This document shows positions 35,378-48,632 of a stretch of 64,000 nucleotides of DNA, in pieces (within the stretch, counting starts at the first letter, position 1; each line of letters starts with the position of its first letter). The notes below the pieces were generated by a model. That model saw only the letters and a program-made list of their open reading frames with translations, did not search any database and had not been told where the DNA came from. The translations under genes and the position numbers were made by a program. Source of the DNA: Macrostomum lignano. Lineage: Eukaryota. The DNA lies in the NCBI GenBank assembly GCA_002269645.1, contig NIVC01000389.1:44665-108664 (forward strand), in the 5' to 3' direction.

Positions 35378-36399
35378 AAATAAAAGAATAAATCGATTGT
35401 TTGTTTTTAAGACGAAAAAATCAGCAAACTTTAGCTTTATTGTCGCATATATACTTTTTCGTTATTTTTATAATTATCGCGTCGGTAGCTTACGCTTTCT
35501 TGTGCAATTCCTTGAATGTAATTGATTTAAAAATGACGTAAGATAGCATTTGATTAAAACAGTAAAATAAGATAAAATAAGACAAGATCCGTGGATTTTA
35601 TTTAGGAGCTCGTATCAAAAGCTTATTAATTCACAATAATGTGTAACCAGTAATGTGTAATAGTATTTTATGGAACAATATTCCCATACTCTTTTGCCAA
35701 ATTCCGGATTGCTATTCTGTTGATACCTGTAAAATATGCTAAAGTCCTGAAAATGTTGCACTGTATGTTCTTGAAGTTACGAATTAAAATATAAAGTTAC
35801 TTATTTAATATTTTAAAACGGTTAAAATTAAGCGTGTATATGCGACATACTTTTGTTAATAAGCTATAGATTTCGTACCAAATAAATCTCAATTAACTAA
35901 CATAATATGTGTATATAGAATTGTACATGTAATATGTGTGCTGTACATGTACCATGTACTATACGGAGCGCCAGGCTAGTTAAACGTATAACATTGTATA
36001 TGAATGTAAATTGGAGAATTAGAAGAATTTGTTCGTAGCCTAAAGATATACGAGTAGCTAGGTAGCTGCACGCATGTACCAGTAATTTTCAACTACAGAA
36101 CGCAAACGTTTTATGAATAATTAACTAGTTTTTTTAACTTAGCTATTGAAATTGTGCAATTTCTATAAAAATCAATACACTCAGAGATTAGTAGCAAGTC
36201 TCATTACGTACGTAAAAAATTCTGACCTGAATACTTAATGCAATCATGTAATGGCGCGTACATGAGCTTATACACACTCGATTTTTAATGCGAGCCGAAA
36301 AAAAATTGCCAACAATTATTAACTGTATCTCTTATGCTGCTGAAAATATGCCTGCAAGTCGTACACTGCTGTAATTGTGAGTTTCATTCATATATTAAT

Positions 36400-39300
36400 T
36401 TACACTATAACAGCAGCCTGCGGAGCTTTGTTGACTCGACTCGCTGATCTCGACTCCTCTTCAGCTTTTGATCTCCTATACGATGATTCGTCGTTATTAT
36501 TCTTGCCATCGCCACTGCTGGATCCGCAAGTCAGAGCGTGCTTAGCAACCAGCCAAAGTAGCTCGGCGATCTCTGTGACGCAGATGACCGTGATGCCGCT
36601 GAACAGGGACAGCAGGCCGCCAATCTGGCTGACAAAGGCTGCGAGGCCAAGAATGTAATTCTCGGATACTCGCTTGGCCTGGCGTGAGTTGAACTGCAGC
36701 GTCATGCTGATCAGGTTGTTCTGAGAATTTGGCGCGGGTCAGGAATGGGCGTCAGGGATCCTAAATGGGCGTCAGCAGGGATCCTAAATGGGCGTCAGGG
36801 ATCCTAAATGGGCGTCAGGGGTCCTAGATGGGCGTCAGGGATGCTAAATGGGCGTCAGGGATGCTAAATGGGCGTCAGGGATCCTAGATGGGTGTCAGGG
36901 ATGCTAAATGGGTGTCAGGGATCCTAAATGGGTGTCAAGGATCCTTAATGAGTGTCAGGGATCCTAAATGGGATGCTAAATGGGTGTCAGTGGTTGCTAC
37001 TAGGGTGTCAAAAATCTCTGTATGCATCTGCACACACAATGCAATGAATGCTCGATAACAATATGCAACCATCAAAACCTGCAGATAGGAGCTGTTGGCC
37101 AGGAGGCTGCGCGCCTCATCATCTCTGCCGGCCTGTCGGAGCCGCAGGGCCGCCTCGTACTGCGACAGCCGGTCGCGCAGGCGCCAAAATGCGCTGGTGT
37201 TGAACACGTAGCGCTCGAAAATGTCCAGCGCCGAATTGGCGTCAATTCCGCGCGCCTCGCTTCGGGCCACGGTGAAGCTGACCTGACCAACAATGAGTGC
37301 AGCCCAAATCAAACCGTCAGATCAAAACGAACTGCAATCGAAAACTTGAAGAAAATGAGGGCCTGCGGCGCTAATATGAGTGCCTGTGGCGCTAAATAGA
37401 GTGCCTGCGGCGCTAAAATGAGTTCCTGTGGCGCTAAATGGAGTGCCTGCGGCGCTAAAATGGTACTTGCGGCGCTAAAATGAGTGCCTGCGGCGCTAAA
37501 ATGAGGGCCTGCGGCGCTAATATGAGTGCCTGTGGCACTAATATGAGTGCCTGTGGCGCCAAAATGAGTGCCTGTGGCGCCAAAATGAGTGCCTGTGGCG
37601 CTAAAATGAGTGCCTAGGCGCTAAAATGAAAGCCTGTGGCGCTAAAATGAGTGCCTAAGGCGCTAAAATGAGTGCCTGTGGCGCCAAAATGAGTGCCTGC
37701 GGCGCTAAAATGAGTTCCTGTGGAGCTAAAATGAGTGCCTGCAGCACCAAAATGAGTGCCTGTGACGCTAAAATGAGTGCCTGTGGCGCTAAATGGAGTG
37801 CCTGCGGCGCTAAAATGAGTGCCTGCGGCGCTAAAATGAGTTCCTGTGGCGCTAAAATGAGTGCCTGCGGCGCTAAAATGAGTGCCTGCGGCGCTAAAAT
37901 AAGTGCCTGCAGCACCAAAATGAGTGCCTGTGGCGCTAAAATGAGTGCCTGTGGCGCTAAATGGAGTGCCTGCGGCGTTAAAATGAGTGCCTGCGGCGCT
38001 AAAATGAGTGCCTGCGCCGCTAGAATGAGTGCCTGCGGCAAAATAATGCTTATGTATAATTCTTGACTTTGTCCCCCCCCCCGACACCATAAAATCCATG
38101 GCGACGCCCCTGCAAGCTGGCATCCCCTCTGTGGTTTTCCAGCCGACTACACCGCCTTGTTGTGCGGCAGCCCTGCAACTTTTCAATTGAAGACTGTAGA
38201 TCCTTTCGAAGCAAAGCATCAAATGACGTCATCGCATATGACCCCCCTCGACAAACTTGCCTGAATGCATGGCCTCGGACAGGCCCTGTCGACTATCGGC
38301 GGCATCCTGTCGCCCTCGCCGCCGTCGTTATCAACGTCAGCATCGCCGTCCGCCGCTGCCTCCCACAGGCCGGCCGCGCAGCTCATCAGCGTGACGTTCA
38401 GCTGCGGTCGGTCCAGGTCCTGCAGCCGGCAGGGCGGCAGCGACTGCCAGGTGTCGTTGGTGTCACTACTGCTGCTGCTGCTGCTGTTGTTGCCATCCTC
38501 ACCATCGTCTGGCAGCGGCTCCCAGGGCATCACGCAGCCGCAGGAGCTCCGACGCAGTTTCTGTCGGAACAGCGAGTGGCACAGCGGCCTGGAGTACTTC
38601 ACGGAGTGCGCCGGCTGCAGCCGCGTCGGTTTTAGGCGAAGTCGCATCGGCGCATCCTTTGCGCAGCGCTGGTGCTCGGACAGAGTCGCCTTGATGTGGA
38701 TGAAGCTCTGCGTCCCCGGCGACAGCCGCACACCGTCGCTGATGTCCACCGGATGCCCGCCGGCCTCGTGCAGGTAGGCGATGGCTCCGGTTTTGAGCGA
38801 CTCAACGTGCTCGTCGATGCACTTGCCGCAGCGCAGCGGGTCGGTCTCCGAGTCCAGCAGCAGGTGCAGCTTCATTGTGCACGCGTGCTGGCTGCTCTCC
38901 CTGGGCACCTCGACGGTCGTGCAGGCGACGTAGCCGGGGACCCTGGCCCTAGTTGCCAGGCGGCACGGCTCGCTGCGGATCCGACCCAGATGGTGCTCGT
39001 CGGCCAGCTGAACTTGGCAGCTCTCCAGCAGCACCAGCTCGCTGTCTGCCGCCACAGCCAGCAGCTGCTGCTCTGGCAGGTGCTCGTGGTAGGTAGCGGG
39101 AGTGAGCAACTCGCTGAGCAGGTGGGGAGCCACAGGCTCATTGCCAGATTTTGACAGCTGCTTGATGCGCCTGGTGTAGGCTCGGGGCGTTAGCGACAGG
39201 CGTTGCATGCCCAGATAGGGCATCGGGCTGGGGGGGGGTTGGTGACTCGGGCTGCTGCAGTGCTCAGAGTGCTCAGATTGGGTGCTTAGATTGATTGATC

Positions 39301-41675
39301 CGATTAATAAACTGGTCATAGATTTAGCTACGGTCATTCAAACTGGTCATAGATTTAGCAACGGTCATTCAAACTGGTCATAGATTTAGCTACGGTCATT
39401 CAAACTGGTCATACATTTAGCTACGGTCATTCAAACTGGTCATAGATTTAGCTACGGTCATTCAAACTGGTAATAAATTTAGCTACGGTCATTCAAACTG
39501 GTCATACATTTAGCTACGGTCATTCAAACTGGTCATACATTTAGCTACAGTCATTCAAACTGGTCATACATTTAGCTACGGTCATTCAAACTGGTCATAG
39601 ATTTAGCTAAAGTCATTCAAACTGGTCATAGATTTAGCTACGGTAATTCAAACTGGTCATAGATTGAGCTACGGTCATTCAAACTGGTCATACATTTAGC
39701 TACAGTCATTCAAACTGGTCATAGACTTAGCTACGGTCATTCAAACTGGTCATAGATTTAGCTACGGTCATTCAAACTGGTCATACATTTAGCTACGGTC
39801 ATTCAAACTGGTCATAGATTTAGCTACAGTCATTCAAACTGGTAATAAATTTAGCTACGGTCTTTCAAACTGGTCATACATTTAGCTACGGTCATTCAAA
39901 CTGGTCATAGATTTAGCTACGGTCATTCAAACTGGTAATAAATTTAGCTACGGTCATTCAAACTGGTCATACATTTAGCTACGGTCATTCAAACTGGTCA
40001 TACATTTAGCTACGGTCATTCAAACTGGTCATAGATTTAGCTAAAGTCATTCAAACTGGTCATAAATTTAGCTACGGTCATTCAAACTGGTCATAGATTT
40101 AGCTACGGTCATTCAAACTGGTAATAAATTTAGCTACGGTCATTCAAACTGGTAATAAATTTAGCTACGGTCATTCAAACTGGTCATACATTTAGCTACG
40201 GTCATTCAAACTGGTCATACATTTAGCTAAAGTCATTCAAACTGGTCATAAATTTAGCTACGGTCATTCAAACTGGTCATAGATTTAGCTACGGTCATTC
40301 AAACTGGTAATAAATTTAGCTACGGTCATTCAAACTGGTCATACATTTAGCTACGGTCATTCAAACTGGTCATACATTTAGCTACGGTCATTCAAACTGG
40401 TCATAGATTTAGCTACAGTCATTCAAACTGGTCATAGATTTAGCAACAGTCATTCAAACTGGTAATAAATTTAGCTACGGTCATTCAAACTGGTCATAAA
40501 TTTAGCTACGGTCATTCAAACTGGTCATAAATTTAGCTACGGTCATTCAAACTGGTCATAGATTTAGCTACAGTCATTCAAACTGGTCATAGATTTAGCT
40601 ACAGTCATTCAAACTGGTCATAAATTTAGCTACGGTCATTCAAACTGGTCATAGATTTAGCTACAGTCATTCAAACTGGTCATAGATTTAGCTACAGTCA
40701 TTCAAACTGGTCATAGATTTAGCTACAGTCATTCAAACTGGTAATAAATTTAGCTACGGTCATTCAAACTGGTAATAAATTTAGCTACGGTCATTCAAAC
40801 TGGTCATATATTTAGCTACGGTCATTCAAACTGGTCATAGATTTAGCTACAGTCATTCAAACTGGTCATAGATTTAGCTACAGTCATTTAAACTGGTCAT
40901 ACATTTAGCTACGGTCATACAAACTGGTCATAGATTTAGCTACGGTCATTCAAACTGGTCATACATTTAGCTACGGTCATTCAAACTGGTCATAGATTTA
41001 GCTACGGTCATTCAAACTGGTCATAAATTTAGCTACGGTCATACAAACTGGTCATACATTTAGCTACGGTCATTCAAACTGGTCATAGATTTAGCTACGG
41101 TCATACAAACTGGTCATACATTTAGCTACGGTCATTCAAACTGGTCATAGATTTAGCTACGGTCATTAAAACTAGTCATAGATTTAGCTACGGTCATTCA
41201 AACTGGTCATAGATTTAGCTACAGTCATTCAAACTGGTCATAAATTTAGCTACGGTCATACAAACTGGTCATAGATTTAGCTACGGTCATTCAAACTGGT
41301 CATAGATTGAGCTACAGCCATTCAAACTGCTCATACATTTAGCTACGGTCATAAGCCTTGAGCTCACCTTGAGTCGCAGACGGTCAGACTGGGAAACGGC
41401 GGCCTTGGCAGCAGGGGCTTCAGCGCGATGACCACGTCGCCCCGCCGGTACACCACCGCGATCCTGTAGATGTTGAACACCATCAGGCTGAAGAAGGCCA
41501 ACACGCTGCAGGACCACAGCAATTTTAGCGCTTTTGAATTGGTGCTAAAAATTCTCGGCAAACCGCGGACCGAACTTTTCATCAGGCAGTCCAAGAGCAG
41601 GCTTGTCACCGCGCCTGGCTGGGAGCCGGCCGAGCTTTGGCCTGTCTGCGAGTTCTCCTCGGGTTCGGCGGCCAT
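36400..41675 (-). CDS. DEG/ENaC (amiloride-sensitive channel family) subunit, 599 aa; exons 41675-41368, 39227-38261, 37282-37079, 36720-36400
   Basis: N-terminus SSVRGLPRI...W + TM1 + FPSLTVCD; GVRLSPG; YSRPLC...SCGC; CPRPC; pre-TM2/TM2 NYILGLAAFVSQIGGLLSLFSGITVICVTEIAEL. Exon lengths 308+967+204+321 = 1800 nt with consistent phases. Intron 2 uses a GC donor. Confidence 0.9.
36740..36990. repeat. 20-bp minisatellite (DEG/ENaC intron 3)
   Basis: GGGATCCTAAATGGGCGTCA, about 12 copies. Confidence 0.92.
37350..38040. repeat. 21-bp minisatellite (DEG/ENaC intron 2)
   Basis: GCCTGCGGCGCTAAAATGAGT, about 32 copies. Confidence 0.95.
39318..41350. repeat. 31-bp minisatellite (DEG/ENaC intron 1)
   Basis: CAAACTGGTCATAGATTTAGCTACGGTCATT, about 65 copies. 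Confidence 0.97.
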
Positions 41676-41959
41676 TTCCGGACGGCCGGGGTTAAAGCCA
41701 GGATTAGCGAGCTGTTAAATAGGAGTTTCTGGTAGTTCTGCCGGCACTGAGATAACGGCAGAATTGAGATCTATCAGTCTCGTCTGTTTGTTCGCGATAA
41801 ACCGGCATGCGGCAGGGGAATTGAAATTGCGGCATCCAAAAACTGACTCGTGCTCTTGTTTCTTGTAAAATTTCTCCTGGAAGCAAATGATTTCAATGAG
41901 ATTGGTCTAAGGATCTCAAATTCTTGGAATCATCTGTGCTTCTCAAACGTCATAAATTC

Positions 41960-42450
41960 TTGTGACCAGCTCCGATCCCAGTTGCTTTCAGCTCTGCTTC
42001 TTGCTGCTTCCAGCCCTGATTATTGTTGCTTTCAGCTCCGATTATTGTTGCTTTCAGCTCGTCTTCTTGCTGCTTCCAGCTCTGATTATTTTTGCTTCCA
42101 GCTCCAATCCCAGTTGCTTTCAGCTCTGATTCTTGCTGCTTCCAGCTCTGATTATTGTTGCTTTCAGCTCTGCTTCTTGCTGCTTCCAGCTCTGATTATT
42201 GTTTCTTTCAGCTCTGCTGCTTGCTGCTTCCAGCTCTGATTATTGTTGCTTTCAGCTCTGCTTCTTGCTGCTTCAGCTCTGATTATTGTTGCTTTCAGCT
42301 CTGCTTCTTGCTGCTTCCAGCTCTGATTATTGTTGCTTTCAGCTCTGCTTCTTGCTGCTTCAGCTCTGATTATTGTTGCTTTCAGCTCTGCTGCTTGCTG
42401 CTTCCAGCTCTGATTATTGTTGCTTTCAGCTCTGCTTCTTGCTTCTTCCT
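41960..42450. repeat. ~44-bp degenerate minisatellite upstream of DEG/ENaC
   Basis: CTTCTTGCTGCTTCCAGCTCTGATTATTGTTGCTTTCAGCTCTG-like units. Confidence 0.88.
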
Positions 42451-43231
42451 ATAGTGCTTCCAGATCTGACCTCAGTGGCTTCCAGCCCCGACCCCTCAAG
42501 GCTTCACTCAGCCTGTGAGCCACTGTTTGGGAACAATTAAACAGCGAATCCGCGGTCCCCTCGCATCCGCAGTGCTACGACCGGAACCGGGAAGCCACAA
42601 AGATTTTTTTTTATTGTTTGGCAGCCATCTTTGAATGTCCAGAGGCAGCAGCTCTAAATGCTGCAGATACTAATGCACTCATTTTCCCTGGAACCGGAGC
42701 GCAGAGCCGCTCAAATCGATCCCACAGCTAACTGCAAGACTAGGGGATTAACACAGCTCCCTCCGAGGCCATAACATTTATCCCCCAAGGCGGAGTGACT
42801 ATCCGAAAATTCTCGAGCCGGATAAGGGGGGCTTTTTTTGCAACACTTCGTGCTCCCGCTTCTGCGTCTTCTTTTGCGGCAGAAATACTTCTCCTCCGGC
42901 CATGGATCAATGGGAGGCCGAGAGGGGCCGCTCTCGCGGGGAAAAATAAAGTAGCTTTTCTTCGCAGATCGCCAAGATGGCAAGATTGGTCACGTGACCT
43001 CAGTATTGGACACTTGTGATTTAAGATACGCGCTTTTAGAATGGCGAAGATATTCTGACTTGTTTTTTTCGTTTTCCAATTAGCTGATAAATTAAAATTC
43101 TTAATGATTTCAGCAAGCCGAAACACGCAATGCTTCATCAGCTCTCAGGTACCCTTGGGATTCTGCAGCGATGATAAAGAGCCGAAATCAGCAGCTTCTG
43201 TGTGCATTACAATAGAATAGAGAATGCTCCC

Positions 43232-43366
<135 letters not shown>

Positions 43367-43809
43367 CACTGCAGTGGCTAATAACAAAGTCAATTCAACC
43401 TCTGTCTCATCCCAAAGCGGCAGTCAATTGTGCCGAAGACGCCCCCCCCTTTTGCGAGCTTTGAAGCAGCAAGCCAGCCGATATGGACTCTTTGTAAATC
43501 GAGTCCTCGTGCCGTTGCTAAGAGGCTGAACCGAGCTTCAGAAAGCAGCAGTTCCTCTTAGCTAGGCTCCGAACTCTTCCTTCGGCACAGTCTCAGTTAC
43601 CGTGCCTGTTGCTACAGTCAATAGCAGTAAGCGCAGCGAACTTCACAGGCCGAACGCTAAAAAGGACAAAAAGGTAGCGAGTAAGGGCTGAGGGAGGTCG
43701 GCTGCTGGAGGATGCTCTGTGTTGACGGCTTGCAAAAAGATAAAGGTCCCGGGATTTTTGCTTTAAATCTGCTGTTTTTGTTTACCCAGGATAGTACAAG
43801 TAGCTAAGT

Positions 43810-45620
43810 CTGTAACAGTCACGGTTCTGCAAGCCACGGGTATAACAATCACAGATATACCAGTCACAGATATAACAGTCACAGATATAACAGTCTCAGA
43901 TATAACAGTCACAGATATACCAGTCACAGATATAACAGTAACAGATATGCCAGTCTCAGATATAACAGTCACAGATATAACAGTAACAGATATGCCAGTC
44001 TCAGATATAACAGTCACAGATATAAATGTCCCAGATATAGCAGTCACAGATATAACAGTAACAGATATGCCAGTCTCAGATATAACAGTCACAGATATAA
44101 ATGTCCCAGATATAGCAGTCACAGATATAACAGTAACAGATATGCCAGTCTCAGATATAACAGTCACAGATATAAATGTCCCAGATATAGCAGTCACAGA
44201 TATAACAGTCACAGATATAGCAGTCACAGATATAACAGTCACAGATATAACAGTCACAGATATACCAGTCACAGATATACTGTAAATGTCCCAGATATAG
44301 CAGTCACAGATATAACAGTCACAGATATACCAGTCACAGATATAACTGTCACAGATATAGCAGTCACAGATATAACAGTCACAGATATAACAGTCACAGA
44401 TATAACAGTCACAGATATAGCAGTCACAGATATAACAGTCACAGATATAACAGTCACAGATATACCAGTCACAGATATAACTGTCACAGATATACTGTAA
44501 ATGTCCCAGATATAGCAGTCACAGATATAACAGTCACAGATATACCAGTCACAGATATAACTGTCACAGATATAGCAGTCACAGATATAACAGTCACAGA
44601 TATAACAGTCACAGATATAACAGTCACAGATATAGCAGTCACAGATATAACAGTCACAGATATAACAGTCACAGATATACCAGTCACAGATATAACTGTC
44701 ACAGATATAGCAGTCACAGATATAACAGTCACAGATATAACAGTCACAGATATAACAGTCACAGATATAGCAGTCACAGATATAACAGTCTCAGATATAG
44801 CAGTCACAGATATAACAGTCACAGATATACCAGTCACAGATATAACTGTCACAGATATAGCAGTCACAGATATACCAGTCTCAGATATAACAGTCACAGA
44901 TATAAATGTCCCAGATATAGCAGTCACAGATATAACAGTCACAGATATACCAGTCACAGATATAAATGTCCCAGATATAGCAGTCACAGATATAACAGTC
45001 ACAGATATAAATGTCTCAGATATAGCAGTCACAGATATACCAGTCTCAGATATAACAGTCACAGATATAACAGTCTCAGATATAACAGTCACAGATATAC
45101 CAGTCACAGATATAACAGTAACAGATATGCCAGTCTCAGATATAACAGTCACAGATATAAATGTCCCAGATATAGCAGTCACAGATATAACAGTCACAGA
45201 TATACTGTAAATGTCCCAGATATAGCAGTCACAGATATAACAGTCACAGATATACCAGTCACAGATATAACTGTCACAGATATAGCAGTCACAGATATAC
45301 CAGTCACAGATATAACAGTCACAGATATAAATGTCCCAGATATAGCAGTCACAGATATAACAGTCACAGATATACCAGTCACAGATATAACTGTCACAGA
45401 TATAGCAGTCACAGATATAACAGTCACAGATATAATAATCACAGATATTACAGTCACGGATATAATAATCACAGGTATTACAGTCACGGATATAATAATC
45501 ACAGGTATAACAGTTACGGATATAATAATCACGGATATAACAGTCACGGATATAATAATTAATCACGGATATAATAATCACGGATATAACAGTCACGGAT
45601 ATAATAATCACGGATATAAC
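43810..45620. repeat. 15-bp minisatellite
   Basis: CAGTCACAGATATA(A/C/G), about 120 copies, degenerating at both ends. Confidence 0.96.
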
Positions 45621-47019
45621 AGTTGCAGATATATGCTATAAATAGAATATAGCAGAATAGAAGTTACAGACATAAACATACGCTGATACAACAGTCCATT
45701 AGCCTCATCAATAAGTGCTTTTTTCATTTGCGCCCGGTTAGCAAACGCATAAAAAAATTTTCTGCCTGGGCCTGAGAGAATCGACCAACTCATTAACTTG
45801 CAAGTGCTCACTCAGTCGGTTGGCCTGATGTCATTAACTGTTGATGTGGCAACTACAACAGAAACATTTGACTATCTGCTGTAGCCTCGAATTCGCATTT
45901 TCAGCTAAAAAATGCTCGATTTGTGCATTGGAATCAGAGGGAACGCACGCACACACGCGCACATTTCTGCATGCTTTTTTTGAGCAGTGGTAGTAACCCG
46001 GGAGGGCAGGGAGGCTTAAACGAAATGGCTGGGAAAGCGCGCTTGTGTGACTGACTTCTAGAGGCCACCAGCTATATGCATAAGGCACATGAGCAGATCC
46101 TATTATTGTGAGCCGGGACTGCCTCCACCCTCTTCCCCCAGTAGTACCTCTCTCCCCAGTAAACACTGTGTCCTCATCTGTGCAGCTCGCCCCCACCCCC
46201 CCCCCCGCAGCGGCGGCACAACGGCCTCAGTTCGTATTAAAAAAAATATGACCCGGAAAAAAATTGGGAAAAGCAAGAAGGGGCCAGTTCTGTGTGATTG
46301 TGTCGGGAAGCGGCCGATTGCGGCCCAGCTGTGAACATGAAATCTAAGGCGGGTGGACACCCCAAGCCCCCGCCCCGGCTCCCCCAACCCTCCCTCGTTA
46401 TCTCAGCGCGGAGTGTGAAATCCGAGCCGAGCCGAATGCCGGCATTGTTGGCCCGAACTGAACAGAAATCGCTGCAACTGCTGGTAGAGGCTCTTGTCCA
46501 GCGAATTATCCCCAAAGTTGATCTTCCCTATCAAGGTGAGTTTGCGCTTCCTGATGTAGGAGTTCGCAGAGTACTTCTACAGACGGATGCTCAGACCAGA
46601 GCATATTATAGTCCTACCAGAAAAATTCAATTGAGGAATATTTTTGGCAGCCACATGGCCGGGCTGTTCTGTTCCTCATATTTCCCAATATCCCTTTCCC
46701 TCTCCTTCTCAACACCGCCGTCCCCATTGGCTGGGAGAGACTCCCAGCTCAACCCTGCCGGCTCCCGTCTCCCTTTCTCTTCCCTTCGGCTCGGGGCTCT
46801 GATAAAAAGTAATTATTCCCAATCCCCTGTCTCCCTTCCACACTCCGCACTCGCCTGCAGTTCATTCATTCTTCCCAGGTTGAGGCGATTTTTGTCCAAA
46901 CCAAAGTCTCCGAAGTGAAGCAGAACGAACACCCCCCGTGACCCCGAGGACCTCGCTGTTTTGCGATATACACTTATTTATCGAGCTGCATTGAGTTTGG
47001 CAGGTGAGGTCGCTTATTT

Positions 47020-47640
47020 CCCCCATAATTCCTCCATAATTCCTCTATAATGCCTTGCAAATTCCTTGATACGAGTAATTCCTTGATAATTCCTCGATAA
47101 TTCCTCTATAATTCCCCTATAATTCCTCCATAATTCCTCTAAAAGTCCTCCATAATTCCCCTATATTTTCTCTATAATTTCGCTATAATTCCTCCATAAT
47201 TCCCCTATAATTCCTCCATAATTCCCCTATAATTCCTCCATAATTCCCCTATAATTCCTCCATAATTCCTCTATAATTCCTCCATAATTCCCCTATAATT
47301 CCTCCATAATTCCCCTATAATTCCTCCATAATTCCCCTATAATTCCTCCATAATTCCCCTATAATTCATCCATAATTCCCCTATAATTCCTCCATAATTC
47401 CCCTATAATTTCCCTATAATTCTTCCACAATTCCACTATAATTCCTCTATAATTCCTCCATAATTCCTCTAAAAGTTCTCCATAATTCCCCTATATTTCC
47501 TCTATAATTCTGCTATAATTCCTCCTATAATTCCTTCAAAATTCCTCTATAATTCCTCGCTAATTCCTCTATAATTCCTCTATAATTCCTCTATAATTCC
47601 TCGCTAATTCCTCTATACTTCCTCTATAATTCCTCTATAC
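47020..47640. repeat. 11-bp (22-bp dimer) minisatellite
   Basis: AATTCCCCTAT/AATTCCTCCAT alternation. Confidence 0.92.
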
Positions 47641-48632
47641 TTTACTACAATAGTAAAGCCTATCTTTAAGTCGTGCAAAACGAATGACCCAAACAAATTT
47701 ATATTAATGATCGTTTAGAAAGTGAAAGTTCAGCGACTCTTGATTCAGAATAATCTTTCTGAAGAGATAATAAACTACCGCTCAAATTCCCATGTCTAAG
47801 AAAATGCTTTCCAGCCTCCAAGGCATTCTTCATCTTCCAAAAGCTCGCGCCACTTGGCACGTGCTGCTGACATAAAGGTGCACCGAAAGTCTCCTGCTCC
47901 GACTGCCCCGGGGGCTGAGGCAGGACGACCGGCTATTGGGGAGAAAAAAACCCAGGCCAGGTTGGGCTACGAGCTGCAGTACAGGAGGCTGTGGACTTAT
48001 CAGAGCCCCGTGGCCTCGGCCTGCCCTGTCAGGGGGCCAAACAGCAGCTGCAGCTGGGCTGGAGGGGCAGGCAAGGGGGCTGGGGGTGAAGCGAGAGAGC
48101 GGGAGAGTGGAAGCATGAATGCAGGGACCGAGCGCTTCTTCATTCCGCACGGGGGCAGCGACTGGAACGGTGGGGGGAGGAGGGGGCAGCTCGTGTTTTG
48201 CTTCGGCCAGCGGCTGCAATGCCCGGCTTAAAGCAGAGGTGGGAACAAACAGACAGGGGAAGAAGGGGACAGGGCCGGCAGAAGAGCTCCCGGGGAATCC
48301 CCAGAATCCTCAAAAAAAATTTTGCAGCCCATTTCCAAATCTCTCTCAGGTTCCACGAGTGCCTTCTAGTGCAGGGCCTTTTTTACCTCCCAGCCTCCCT
48401 AATCCCTGTCGATGCTCACTGTCAGCATCCTTAGTTCGTCGTCAGTTCCGGCCAACAATGTCGGGTTTGAATAGCAGCTTGAGAAGAATAATATTGAACG
48501 GCTAGTTTAGGAGGCTGCTATTGGGGCTTCATCAAGTTGTCGAATACAAGCCGGCCCCGGCACATTTTTCAGTCTAGAGGCACGCCAAAGGCTCGACTGC
48601 AGCCTCCGCGCCTCATCGCACGGGACTCAGAA

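Noticed and set aside
37614-38222. AAGTHFS / MSACGAK repeat ORFs
   Set aside because: 21-bp intronic array of the DEG/ENaC gene.
43763-45611. ISVTV / CDYYI repeat ORFs resembling metallothionein or mucin
   Set aside because: 15-bp array open in several frames; no splice or start context.
46298-46918. 206-aa ORF upstream of PLC-beta
   Set aside because: No recognisable motifs. It crosses a consensus donor (AG|GTGAGT at 46536), so it is more likely a GC-rich 5'UTR exon or promoter region.
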